DNA from: Alphaproteobacteria bacterium
Lineage (GTDB): Bacteria > Pseudomonadota > Alphaproteobacteria > SP197
Reading direction: 5' to 3'
NCBI GenBank assembly: GCA_964291265.2
Contig: OZ219747.1
Span: forward strand, 3,680,001-3,744,000
Length of the DNA stretch: 64,000 nt
This document shows positions 32,410 through 41,963 of the stretch, piece after piece (position 1 is the first letter of the stretch; each line of letters starts with the position of its first letter). Below the pieces are notes generated by a model. The model did not search any database, was not told where the DNA came from, and was given only the letters and a program-made list of their open reading frames with translations. A program made the translations under genes and the position numbers.

Positions 32410-32924
32410 CAACGATCCTTCTCGACCCCACGGCGGCCCGTGAGTCATCGGTGCGCCAGCGCGTGGCCGGGCACCGGTCCCTGGCCGGTCTCACCGTCGG
32501 CCTGCTCGACATTCGCAAGCGCCAAGGCGACATCGTTCTCGATCACCTCGAGAAGCTTCTCGGCGAACGCGGGATCCGCACCGGCCGATACGCCAAGCCG
32601 ACCTTCACCAAGCCGGCGCCGGGTGTCGTGATCGACCGGATCGCCGCCGAGTGCGATGCCGTGGTTGAAGGCCTTGCCGATTGAGGTTCCTGTACGTCGT
32701 GCAGTCTGCAGGACATGCTGGATATCGATCGCTTGGGCACACCTGCGGTGGCGCTGATTTCCGAGGAATTCGCGACCGGCGTTGCGTCCTGGAGCGACCT
32801 CCATGGCTTCGACCCCGCCGTGGTGTATGTCCGCCATCCGATCCAGCCCCTGAACGAGGCTGAACTGCGTGGCCGCGCCGAAGACATCGTCGACTCAGTC
32901 ATTGGCGCACTCACCCGAACATGA
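32406..32924 (+). CDS. UGSC-family selenoprotein (TGA 32682-32684 = Sec)
   Basis: ORFs 32355-32684 and 32715-32924 share one frame: ..EGLAD-U-GSCTSCSLQD..; TTG start overlaps upstream stop. Confidence 0.85.
32685..32715 (+). promoter_or_regulatory. Putative bacterial SECIS hairpin
   Basis: GTC-G-TGCA-GTC-TGCA-G-GAC stem-loop with G-containing apical loop about 20 nt after the TGA. Confidence 0.6.
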
Positions 32925-32943
32925 CCGGTCAGACGGACCGCTG

Positions 32944-33687
32944 GTGACCTTCCACGGGGTGCGGTCCGCTCCCCAGGACGGACCGGCGAGATGTGTTTTC
33001 GGCGGTCACTCGGCGTGTATCGCCATCGCGGCCGGCGACACGTGGCTGATTCTCGATGCCGGCTCCGGCATGCGGACATGCGGACTGTCACTGCTTGGCA
33101 GGGATCCCCTGGAGGGACACGTCTTCTTCAGCCGGCCTACCGTGGTACGCACCATCGGCATTCCCTTCTTCGCTCCGGCCTTTTCTGCCAACAACCGCTT
33201 CACCCTCTACAGCACCGGCGGAGTCATCAGGTCGGAACTCCGGCGGCTGATGTCCGATCCCGTGTTCCCCGTCTCTCCCGATGTCTTCAACGCCACCGTC
33301 ACCTTTCATGACCTCGAACCAGGCGCCCCCGTTGCGCTCGCGTCGGGCATTGCGGTCACCACCCTGGTCCTCGGCGGTTTGATGCCGGGAACGGCCTACC
33401 GTTTCGACGGCGACGACTGGTCCCTCGCTTGGGCAGCCGGCATCACGCACCATGACGACGGACACGCGCTCCGCGACTTCGCGTCCGGCGTCGGTGTGCT
33501 GATCGTGGGCGGTGCGCCGGAAGCCATCTCTCCCCTCGTGCAGGAAGCGCCTGCCACCAGACTGATGATCACGGATCATCCACCGGGTCTGGGAGATGAC
33601 GACCTCGCCCGCCGCGAAGCGGCGCTTCAACGCCGGGTTCCCAAAGCCCGATTCGCCCGACAGGGCGAGACTCTGCGCCTCGGTTAG
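32944..33687 (+). CDS. Metallo-beta-lactamase-fold protein lacking metal ligands
   Basis: VTFHGVR..FGGHSAC..LILDAGSG, GIPFFAP, PVFPV, ARQGE; the HxHxDH motif reads SRPTVVR. Confidence 0.65.
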   Translation: MTFHGVRSAPQDGPARCVFGGHSACIAIAAGDTWLILDAGSGMRTCGLSLLGRDPLEGHVFFSRPTVVRTIGIPFFAPAFSANNRFTLYSTGGVIRSELRRLMSDPVFPVSPDVFNATVTFHDLEPGAPVALASGIAVTTLVLGGLMPGTAYRFDGDDWSLAWAAGITHHDDGHALRDFASGVGVLIVGGAPEAISPLVQEAPATRLMITDHPPGLGDDDLARREAALQRRVPKARFARQGETLRLG

Positions 33688-33929
33688 CCCTTGTTCGACA
33701 TGTCTCCCCGCTTGCCGGGGTGATGTCGCGAATCTGATGCCGCGAGCCTGCCGGGGCCGTCACTGGCTTGTCGACGGCTGCATGGAGCGGCGGGATACTC
33801 CGGGATGACGCGGATCTCGACACTCGTGTCAGGGCCTTGTTGTCGGTCTCCCCATGCGTTCAATCGGGCCCTTCAAGCCCTTTCACGATCGAATGCGATG
33901 AATCGCCCGTGGCGCCGATCAGCGTCGAA

Positions 33930-34977
33930 GCGACGCGCCGGACAACGGACGACTTCCCGGACCTCCAAGGATGCCCGATGACCGGACTAGCGATGGAGCC
34001 GGCCATGGGGGAGGCTGGCCCGGATATCCGGGATGCCGGTCAAAAAGACCGCCTCATGCCGATAGCCCGTGTACGCGCAGAAGATGTACTCGTTCCAGTG
34101 GTTGGGGTCAGGGCCGTACTTCATCAGATAACCGTGCAAATCGTCCGTCCGGGGCGTCTTCCTCGCCGTCATCCGCGCAAGCTCGCGCTCCAGATAGTCG
34201 ATGAAGGCGCTTTCGGGCCAGCCCTGGATGACATAGGGCGAGGTGAACACGATATGCCGTGGGCACAACTCGTGGGGCGGTGGGAGCACGCGCACGAACC
34301 AGATCTCGCCCTCGCGGCCGACATGGCCAGAGGCCACCATGCAGGAGACGGTCTCCCGCGTGCCGACCTCGCGCAACAGGACTCCGTCGCCATCGCTGCC
34401 GCAATGGACGTAGAAACCCATCCTCGACTGCTGCATCCGCTCGACGACATCGATCAGCCAGGAAGGGAAACCGATCTCGGGAGTGACCCGCAGGAAGCAG
34501 GTCCCTATGGTCTCCCGGCTGCTTCCGAACTGCACGTCGAACATCGTCCACATCGTGAAATAGCTGCCCGACAACGGGCTCATCGGCGGCCCGGACGGTA
34601 TGTATTCCTCCTCGGCGGCGGCGACGATCCTGACGAAGCCCCTCGCCTCTCTCATCTCGCAAATGAACTCCGTGATGCGCGAGGCGATGTTCTGCGCCCA
34701 CACGTAGATGGCGTGGCACGGGTCAAGGTCCGCGAACCTGGCCGGCATCGGCCCCCCCCTGCCGAAAATCTCGAAAACCATGTCCCTGTCCTCCCGCCAG
34801 GCCGCCAGATCGACGACCTTCGATTCGCGGGCGGAGAGAAGCTTCCTTGCAATCTTGTCGGCAACGGAACCCATGATGTGCTTTCGGCGTCACTGCTCAC
34901 CATTTATTAAGGTCTGCTTGGTAGTCGTGCAACTGTGTCGGCGGCCTTTCCGGCGAGGGCCATGGGGATGGCGACGA
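33930..34977. repeat. Diverged direct repeat copy A (~1.05 kb)
   Basis: Shares GCGACGCGCCGGACAACGGACGACTTCCCGG ... GGCGAGGGCCATGGGGATGGC with 35883-36937. Confidence 0.9.
33987..34874 (-). CDS. Hypothetical protein, paralog A
   Basis: 295-aa ORF with frame conserved in paralog B (PSGPPMSPL..SYF, KYGPDPNHWNEY, TGIPDIRASLPH). Confidence 0.8.
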   Translation of the reverse strand: MGSVADKIARKLLSARESKVVDLAAWREDRDMVFEIFGRGGPMPARFADLDPCHAIYVWAQNIASRITEFICEMREARGFVRIVAAAEEEYIPSGPPMSPLSGSYFTMWTMFDVQFGSSRETIGTCFLRVTPEIGFPSWLIDVVERMQQSRMGFYVHCGSDGDGVLLREVGTRETVSCMVASGHVGREGEIWFVRVLPPPHELCPRHIVFTSPYVIQGWPESAFIDYLERELARMTARKTPRTDDLHGYLMKYGPDPNHWNEYIFCAYTGYRHEAVFLTGIPDIRASLPHGRLHR

Positions 34978-34981
34978 GAGG

Positions 34982-35163
34982 GCCGAAGTTCCAGCGTCGA
35001 TCAAGCGCAAGTGCCTGACATGAATGACATGCGATGGAGCTCGGAGGCGTCTGACTGGGCACACTACGGCTTCACGCCCAGGAGCTTGAGTGCTCTTCTC
35101 TGAAGCGGCTGAGGGCCGCGTGGTGACCTGGAAGGGTTTGGCGCCCGCAAGGCGGGACGCCAC
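34982..35163 (-). mobile_element. IS1634-family 3' end remnant
   Basis: C-terminus FQVTTRPS-LQRRALKLLGVKP*, then terminus CCGAAGTTCC at 34983-34992 matching the IS1634 end at 4391-4400. Confidence 0.65.
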
Positions 35164-35880
35164 GGGTGTGAGTTCAGTATGTCTGTATGAAAGTCAGTTT
35201 CATTGTTTCATCTCATGCGGCCAGCGCCGGGGTGTGATGTGGGTTGATGTTGTCGCTGGCTGGTGCGTCGTCTGCCCCGATCATGGCTGTTCACGCGCTC
35301 ACGAAGCGGCCGGATTTGATGAGGGCGCGGAAGGTGAGAACAGCTTGTCCGCCGACGATGCGCCAGCGCATGCCGGAGCGCTTCATACGCTGTGTGACGA
35401 GGGTCTTGTTGGCTGCCTCGACCAGTCCCGAGCCGATGGCGATCCCCTGTTGCTTCAGTGCGTGGTAGCGCATGCGGTGGCGATGCTTGCGGAAGAAGGC
35501 CAGTTCCCTGTCGATGTCGGCTCGGCCCGCCGGCTTGGCGGTGTCGCGAAGGTGGCGCAGCGCCCGGATCACCCTGTCAATGCCGCAGGGGTCGTGACGC
35601 AGGATCTCGCGGTACTTCTCGAACCAGTGGGGCGCCGCTGCATGGTCGGCCGCCACGCGCAGATGTTCGCAGGCATGCCAGAAGTCGATCACCTCGGTTT
35701 CGGGTTCAAGACCAGAGAGGAAGGTCCGGTTGTCGGCGGCGGCGATGGCGCTGATCCTGATCTCTCAGACGCCTGCGCCTGATATGCGCAACCTCGCTTG
35801 CCAGCTGCGCCTTCAGCGTGCACTTGCCGTGCTCGGGCACGCGGCCGAGACAGACGGTCTTCAGGCGCTCACCCTCGGCG
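35164..35880 (-). mobile_element. ISKra4/ISLre2-like transposase remnant (3' part)
   Basis: IDFWHACEHL, IGSGLVEAANKTLVTQRMKRSGMRW..GGQAVLTFRA; GGGTGTGAG terminus at 35164. Confidence 0.7.
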
Positions 35881-35882
35881 TC

Positions 35883-36937
35883 GCGACGCGCCGGACAACG
35901 GACGACTTCCCGGGACTCCAAAGATGCCCGATGACCGGGCTAGCGATGGCGCGAGGCATGGGGGAGGCTGGCCCGGATATCCGGGATGCCGGTCAGAAAG
36001 ATCACCTCACTGCGATGACCCGTGTATGCGCAGAAGACGTACTCGTTCCAGTGGTTGGGGTCCGGGCCGTACTTCATCAGATGACCGCGCAAATCGTCGG
36101 TCTGGGGCGTCTTCCCCGCCGTCATCCGCGCAAGCTCGCGCTCCAGATAGTCGATGAAGGCGCTTTCGGGCCAGCCCTGGATGACATAGGGCGTGTTGAA
36201 CACGACATGCCGTGGGCACAACTCGTGGGGCGGTGGGAGCACCCGCACGAACCAGATCTCCCCCTCGCGCCCGGCATAGCCGAACGGCACCATGCAGGAG
36301 ATGGTCTCACGCGTACCGACCTCGCGCAACAGGGCTCCGTCACCCTCGTTGCCGCAATGGACGTAGAAGCCCATCCTCGATCGCTGCATCCGCCCAAAGG
36401 CTTCGATCAGCCAGGGCGCATAATCGAACTCGGGAGCGATCCTCAGGATGCAGCTCCCCATGGTCTCCCGGCTGCTTCCGAACCGCAGGTCGAAGGTCGA
36501 CCACATCGAGAAATAGCTGACCGTCAACGGGCTCATCGGCGGCCCGGACGGCATGTATTCCTCAGTGGCGGCGGTGACGACCTTGGCGAACCCCCTCACC
36601 TCGCTCATCTCGAAAATGACATCCGTCATGAGCGAGGCGAGGTTCTGCGGCCACGCGTACAGGGCGAAGCACGGGTCAACGTGGGCGAACCTGTCGGGGA
36701 CCAGAACCCCGTCGCCGACTGCTTCTTCGAGCGCCAGTTCCCTGCCCTCCCGCCAGGCCGCCAGATCGACGACCTTCGACCCGCGGAAGTGGAGCAGCTT
36801 TCTTGCGATCTTGTCGGCAACGGAACCCATGATGTACTCCGGCATCACTGCTCACCACCTATTAGGGTCTGATTGGTTGTCGTGCAACTTGATCATGTCG
36901 GCGGCCTTTCCGGCGAGGGCCATGGGGATGGCAACGA
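35883..36937. repeat. Diverged direct repeat copy B
   Basis: See copy A. Confidence 0.9.
35940..36830 (-). CDS. Hypothetical protein, paralog B
   Basis: Starts MGSVADKIARKLL like paralog A; substitutions keep the frame open. Confidence 0.8.
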   Translation of the reverse strand: MGSVADKIARKLLHFRGSKVVDLAAWREGRELALEEAVGDGVLVPDRFAHVDPCFALYAWPQNLASLMTDVIFEMSEVRGFAKVVTAATEEYMPSGPPMSPLTVSYFSMWSTFDLRFGSSRETMGSCILRIAPEFDYAPWLIEAFGRMQRSRMGFYVHCGNEGDGALLREVGTRETISCMVPFGYAGREGEIWFVRVLPPPHELCPRHVVFNTPYVIQGWPESAFIDYLERELARMTAGKTPQTDDLRGHLMKYGPDPNHWNEYVFCAYTGHRSEVIFLTGIPDIRASLPHASRHR

Positions 36938-37050
36938 CAGGGTTGTCGCAGAGCCGGCCATGGCGATCAGGCAGCTTGAGGATGTCAACAGTTGATCAAA
37001 TAGACAATTATTCGATATCCAATAGGGAAAATCGGATTGGAACAGGGGTC

Positions 37051-37611
37051 ATGCGTGCCGTCGAAGCTGTCAAGACGCTGGCCGAATGGGATCGGCGCGG
37101 ACGGATCGTGTTTACGCTCGCTGACCTGCGGAAGCTGTTCCCACACCGGTCGGACAAGACGCTCTCCGAGAGCCTGCGTCGGCTCGTGCAGGGCGGCCTG
37201 CTGGAACGGGCGGCGAACGGGGTTTTCGTCAACGCTCTGTCGAGCCGCAGTCGCGCCGACCTTCTTGAGGAGGTGGCGCGTGCGATCCGCAGCGGCGAGT
37301 ACAACTATCTCAGCCTCGAATGCGCACTGTCCGAATGGGGCGTCATCTCACAGGTTCCCCAAGCCTACCTGACGGTCATGACCACTGGACGCAAGGGAGT
37401 ATTCGAGACGCCGTACGGGATGATCGAGTTCACGCACACGCAGCGCCGCGCCGCGGACATCGTGAACAACACGCTCCGCAGGGACCGGCCGTTGCGGCTT
37501 GCCACGGCGCCCGCGGCCCTGCGCGATCTTCGGCGTGTAGGACGCAATCTTCATCTCGTCGATCTCGAGGAGATGCAGGAGTATCTCGCCCGGCGCGAAG
37601 AGACGGCATGA
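37051..37611 (+). CDS. Type IV TA antitoxin (AbiEi-like)
   Basis: wHTH FTLADLRKLFP..LERAANGVF, YLSLECALSEWGVISQVP..TVMTTGR, FETPYGMIEFTH; AT-rich upstream region. Confidence 0.85.
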   Translation: MRAVEAVKTLAEWDRRGRIVFTLADLRKLFPHRSDKTLSESLRRLVQGGLLERAANGVFVNALSSRSRADLLEEVARAIRSGEYNYLSLECALSEWGVISQVPQAYLTVMTTGRKGVFETPYGMIEFTHTQRRAADIVNNTLRRDRPLRLATAPAALRDLRRVGRNLHLVDLEEMQEYLARREETA

Positions 37612-38574
37612 GCGTCAGACACGCTTTCCAGGAACTGGCCGAGATTGCGCTTCGCGATCCGGCGCTCGCCGGGATGCGCGTCATCGTCGAGAAGGAACTT
37701 CTGCACTACGAGTTGCTGAGCGTCCTCGACCGCGGCGGCTGGCTCAACGGACTCGCGTTTCAGGGCGGAACAGCCCTCCGGCTCTGCCATGGCGCACCCC
37801 GGCTGAGCGAGGACCTGGACTTCTCAGGCGGCCGGGAGTTCACCACCGAGCGGATGGATGGCTCACCTGGCTGCATTCCTGAAGGAGCTTGCCGGCGTCG
37901 GCTTCGGGGTCGAAGTGAAGCTGCCAAGAAACGTTATCGCCGGCCGTGCTTGCGGAGGTGTCGGTGTGTCCACATGGCGCATCGATGTTGAGACGGAGCC
38001 CGGCCGGCGCGGCCATCCGAAGCAGAAGATCAAGCTCGATGTCGACAACGCACCGACCTACACGGGCGCGTGGCGGGAGATAGCCCAGAACTATGGCGTG
38101 TTGCGCGATTTTCAGATGCTCGTCTACGTCCAGAGCCGGGAAGAGATCCTCGCAAACACGCTTGTAGCGTTCCCGGCATCGGTGGCAACGCGGAACCGGC
38201 CACGCTATCGGGACGTCTGGGACATGCGCTGGATGGTGGGCAATGGAACGGCGATTCGCGCCGATCTCGTGCACGCCAAGATGGTGGATCGTCGTGCCGA
38301 CCGAGCCTGGATGGGGCTTGCGGCGGCCAAGGCCGGCGGCATCGCCCGATCCGCCGACTTCACTGCGGAGATGCGGCGTTTCCTTCTGCCGGACACGGCG
38401 AAGTCCACGCTCGATGACGCGCGCTACATGGACTTCCTGGCCCGTGAGACCCGCCGCCTGATCGAGGATGCCGACATGTGCCTGACAGCGGCGGAGCCGT
38501 CCGTGAACGAAGGGAACATCAGCCAAGCGGACCCTCTCGAGTTCGCCAGGGAGGATGATGATCCAGGTCCGTGA
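37608..38574 (+). pseudogene. AbiEii/AbiGii nucleotidyltransferase toxin, frameshift near 37860
   Basis: EKELLHY..FQGGTALRLCHGAPRLSEDLDF, then other frame KIKLDVDN..EEILAN..RYRDVWD; ATGA overlap with antitoxin. Confidence 0.85.
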
Positions 38575-39085
38575 TTCGGATACGAACGGCGCATCTTCCG
38601 CGAGAGTTACGAGTTGTTCGCCGCCGGTCAGACCGGAAGCGGGTTCGCATCGATGGCGGGTGGCTGAGACCATGTTCCGCTGATCCTCCCATGATGACGA
38701 CACGCCCGTCCGCCGCTCAGGCCCCGGGTCGGCCGCCGAGCCAGCGCAACGCAGTGTTCCCGCCCGTTGGCGGTTGTGGCAAGGCCGAGTACGGGACCTC
38801 TGAAGCGTACGGAACCGGGGTGCGCAGGCTCTCCACGCCATGGCCGGCAGCGCCCCTGAACTTGGTGTGTCGTCTGTTCCTCATGGGAGTGACGGGAACG
38901 GCCGAGGCGCTGAAATGGGCACACAGGACAATGCCGTGCTTCTTGCGTGGTTTTGTCGAGAACGCCTGCTCGTGTCCTCCGCAGGCATGCGAAGGGCACG
39001 GCAGCCGACGACAGTCGGCTCGACACCGTCACGTGCCGCGAGATGATCGGGCAACCCCGTAAGGGTCGACGTGATGAGGGCGGTG

Positions 39086-40129
39086 TCAGCGACCCGCCAC
39101 GGCGGCGTGGAGAGCTTCGAGCTCGCAGGCCGCATCGTCCCAGGACCTGTCCCGCTGCAGGCCGGCCGCGTCCTTCGAACGGCCGCGGTAGACGAGTTCC
39201 TCCTTGAGGCAGAGGATGGCGCAGTTGGCAAAGGCGGCGTCATCGGGCACCAGGAAACCCGACCTGCTGTCCTTGATGCGCTCCACGGCGGCTCCCTGCT
39301 TGAAGGCCACGCCCGGACAACCGGCCGACTGGGATTCGGCGAGCGTCGCCACGTAGGCCTCGCGCAACGAGCCGGGATGAAGGTGGACCCGGGCATGACG
39401 AAACTCCCGTGCCATGTCGGCATCCGGGAGTGGCCGCCGGACCAGCACTCGGGCGTCGCCAAGACCCTCGATACGTCGCCACAGCGATGCCAGGTCACCC
39501 TCCACCACCCTGCCAGAGGCTGCCCTGGCGAGCAGCCCGGAAAAGACATGCAGCTCCGCTTCATCCACCATGGGATGGATCTTGTCGACCCAGAGATCCA
39601 GGAGCCAGGCAAGGCCGCCGCGCGGATGCATCGTCGTGACAGCCCTTGGCGGCCAGTATCCCTGAGGGGGCTCGGGCGCAAGGTAGGCCGGAGCAATGCC
39701 CGGTCGCACGACCGCGACCATTTCTTCACCACCACTCCATGACGACACGTGGTGATCCCCCATGAAGACGAGGCGATCGATCCGGCAGGAATGGACCCTG
39801 GAAACCAGCGCCGCGACTCCGCTGTCGTCCAGCTGGTCGGCCACCCAGAGCATCCGGCACCGTCCGGACGGGACCCTTTCCAGCAGCCGCGCGTACCTCA
39901 GCGCCACGACGAGATCGGCGTCGGGTGCCTCCCCGTCATCGATGTTCTGCCAGAACACGCCCCGAACGGTACGGGCGCCATGGCAACGGTTCATCACCGT
40001 CACCTCGTGATCGCGGCTGGCCAGGGCCTCGGCGAGAAAGACCAGGCCCTTCTGCACACCACCCATGGGGTCGTTGCGCGGCGTGTAACCGTCAAAGGCG
40101 AAGGAATCGTCGAGAAGGAGGATCTTCAT
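39086..40129 (-). CDS. GT-B (family 4-like) glycosyltransferase
   Basis: MKILLLD..GGVQKGLVFLAEALA, HPGSLREAYVATLAESQSAGCPGV, RSWDDAA. Confidence 0.8.
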   Translation of the reverse strand: MKILLLDDSFAFDGYTPRNDPMGGVQKGLVFLAEALASRDHEVTVMNRCHGARTVRGVFWQNIDDGEAPDADLVVALRYARLLERVPSGRCRMLWVADQLDDSGVAALVSRVHSCRIDRLVFMGDHHVSSWSGGEEMVAVVRPGIAPAYLAPEPPQGYWPPRAVTTMHPRGGLAWLLDLWVDKIHPMVDEAELHVFSGLLARAASGRVVEGDLASLWRRIEGLGDARVLVRRPLPDADMAREFRHARVHLHPGSLREAYVATLAESQSAGCPGVAFKQGAAVERIKDSRSGFLVPDDAAFANCAILCLKEELVYRGRSKDAAGLQRDRSWDDAACELEALHAAVAGR

Positions 40130-40278
40130 CGGCCACCAGGGGAGAACGGGCAGGACATGGAACCGCCCGCAACCGGTTGGGATCCTCCCCGGGAATCCAC
40201 CCACGGCCCCTGGGGGACTTGCCGCGAGGCTGCGTCATCGCCATCCTTGTCCCGTTTCAGGATGGGGAGGTTGCCGGG

Positions 40279-41187
40279 ATGATGGAGACATCGCGTGTCG
40301 CGCTCGAGGGGCGTGGCGTTCTCGCCATCGACGGCCCGGACGCGCGCACCTTCCTCCAGGGGATCATCACCAACGATATCGGCCAGGTGGACCGGGCGCG
40401 GGCGATCTATGCCGCCCTGCTGACACCCCAGGGCAAGTTTCTCTTCGACTTCTTCGTTGCCGAGGATGACGACGGCGGCCTCCTCCTCGACACGAGACGG
40501 GACCGCATTGACGCGCTTCTCGAGCGCCTCGACTTCTACCGGCTGCGGGCCAAGGTGCACGTCCGCGATGTTTCGGAAGACTGGGATGTGAGCGCCCTCA
40601 TCGGTGACAAGGCGGCCAGCATCGCCCGCCTCGTTCCCTGCCCGGGCAATGCACGTCTGGCAGACGGCTCCATCATCATGATCGATCCCAGGCTGGCGGC
40701 GCTTGGCGTACGCGTCATTCATCCCGTCGACAGGCCGGTGTTCGCGGAAGTCGTCGGCAGATCGCAGGACGCCTACGAATCGCAACGCCTTGACCTTTCG
40801 GTCGGTGAGGCCACCCTGGACATACTCATCGGAAAGTCCTTTGCCCTCGAGAGCAACTTCGATCATCTCAATGCCATTGATTTCACCAAGGGCTGCTATG
40901 TCGGGCAGGAACTGACGGCGCGCACCCGGTACCGCGGGACCGTGAGAAAGCGCCTCTACCGGGTCAGCGCGACCAACGGTGGAAACCTGCCGGAACCGGG
41001 AACCCTGATCACCGCGGGCAAGACCGAGATCGGCGAGATGCGAAGCAGTCGGGGCGCCACCGGCATCGCCCTTGTCCGCATGGACCGGCTCGAGGATGTC
41101 GGTGACGGGGAGATTCGCGCCGGCACGACAGTCCTCAACGCCGAACAACCTGGGTGGTTTCCGCAAGAATCGGTTTCCGCCGACTGA
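40279..41187 (+). CDS. ygfZ: Folate-binding Fe-S repair protein YgfZ
   Basis: GPDARTFLQGIITND, LTPQGKFLFD, KGCYVGQE signature. Confidence 0.9.
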   Translation: MMETSRVALEGRGVLAIDGPDARTFLQGIITNDIGQVDRARAIYAALLTPQGKFLFDFFVAEDDDGGLLLDTRRDRIDALLERLDFYRLRAKVHVRDVSEDWDVSALIGDKAASIARLVPCPGNARLADGSIIMIDPRLAALGVRVIHPVDRPVFAEVVGRSQDAYESQRLDLSVGEATLDILIGKSFALESNFDHLNAIDFTKGCYVGQELTARTRYRGTVRKRLYRVSATNGGNLPEPGTLITAGKTEIGEMRSSRGATGIALVRMDRLEDVGDGEIRAGTTVLNAEQPGWFPQESVSAD

Positions 41188-41258
41188 TCCGCAACCCCGG
41201 ATCGCGTGCTCTGGTCGGGCCATCGCGCCAGGTCCACGAAGTCCGTGTTGGCGGTCTG

Positions 41259-41963
41259 TCACGCCGGATCGATGCGTTCCAGAAGGTCAACGACATCCTT
41301 CATGTGCTGAACCGAGTACGTTCCCTCGATGCCGTTGACCCCCTGAGGCGCCCACTTGTCGCCATGGCGTGCCACCCGGCAACTCGTCCAGCCACGAACG
41401 TTGGCCGGTTGAATGTCATGGAATCGGCTGTGAGCGACGTGAAGCAGGTCATCCTCACCGAGCCCTCGCCGCGCGAGGTCGGCAAGAAGGGTATCGAAGT
41501 GACGCGGACCGGGCTTGTAGCCCTTGACGTCATCAGCGGTGATGAGAATGTCGAACTCCCGCTCGAGCCGTGCCGCGCTGCCGGCAAAGAGATCACGGTC
41601 GACGTTGGAGACCACGCACAGGATCCGCCCCTCGCGCGCCAGAGCCTCGAGAGAGCGCGCTGAGTCTTCGAAGGCCGGCCAGGCACCCACGCTCTCCGCA
41701 AATCGGGCGCAGGACCCTTCGTCGGTTGGAATGCCGCAGGATTCGGAGAGACGCGCGAGGGAGCGGGAGAGAACGCTGCGATAGGAAAGGAACGTCTCGT
41801 GTCCTTGTTCGACGATCTGCGCATCGAACAACCGACTGACGAGCTCCTCTTCCGGAACATCAAGACCATTCAGCCGGGCCCAGGCGCCCAGCCATTCCGC
41901 GATTCCGCGCTCCCAGTCGATCAGCGTGCCGTAGCAATCGAAGGACAGTGCCTGGTACTTCAT
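41259..41963 (-). CDS. HAD-superfamily hydrolase (haloacid dehalogenase-like)
   Basis: SFDCYGTLIDWE, VSNVD, YKP, LHVAHSRFHDI. Confidence 0.85.
   Translation of the reverse strand: MKYQALSFDCYGTLIDWERGIAEWLGAWARLNGLDVPEEELVSRLFDAQIVEQGHETFLSYRSVLSRSLARLSESCGIPTDEGSCARFAESVGAWPAFEDSARSLEALAREGRILCVVSNVDRDLFAGSAARLEREFDILITADDVKGYKPGPRHFDTLLADLARRGLGEDDLLHVAHSRFHDIQPANVRGWTSCRVARHGDKWAPQGVNGIEGTYSVQHMKDVVDLLERIDPA

Noticed and set aside
4391-34992. Two IS1634 ends forming a 30-kb composite transposon
   Set aside because: The ends face away from the intervening DNA and belong to separate remnants; no shared TSD seen
33830-36951. CAGGG ISAs1-like ends at about 33830 and 36938 bracketing the duplicated gene
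   Set aside because: Both are on the same strand, matches are short, and no TSD is visible
38575-39085. 500-bp gap as possible ncRNA or small gene
   Set aside because: No convincing structure, RBS or motif found
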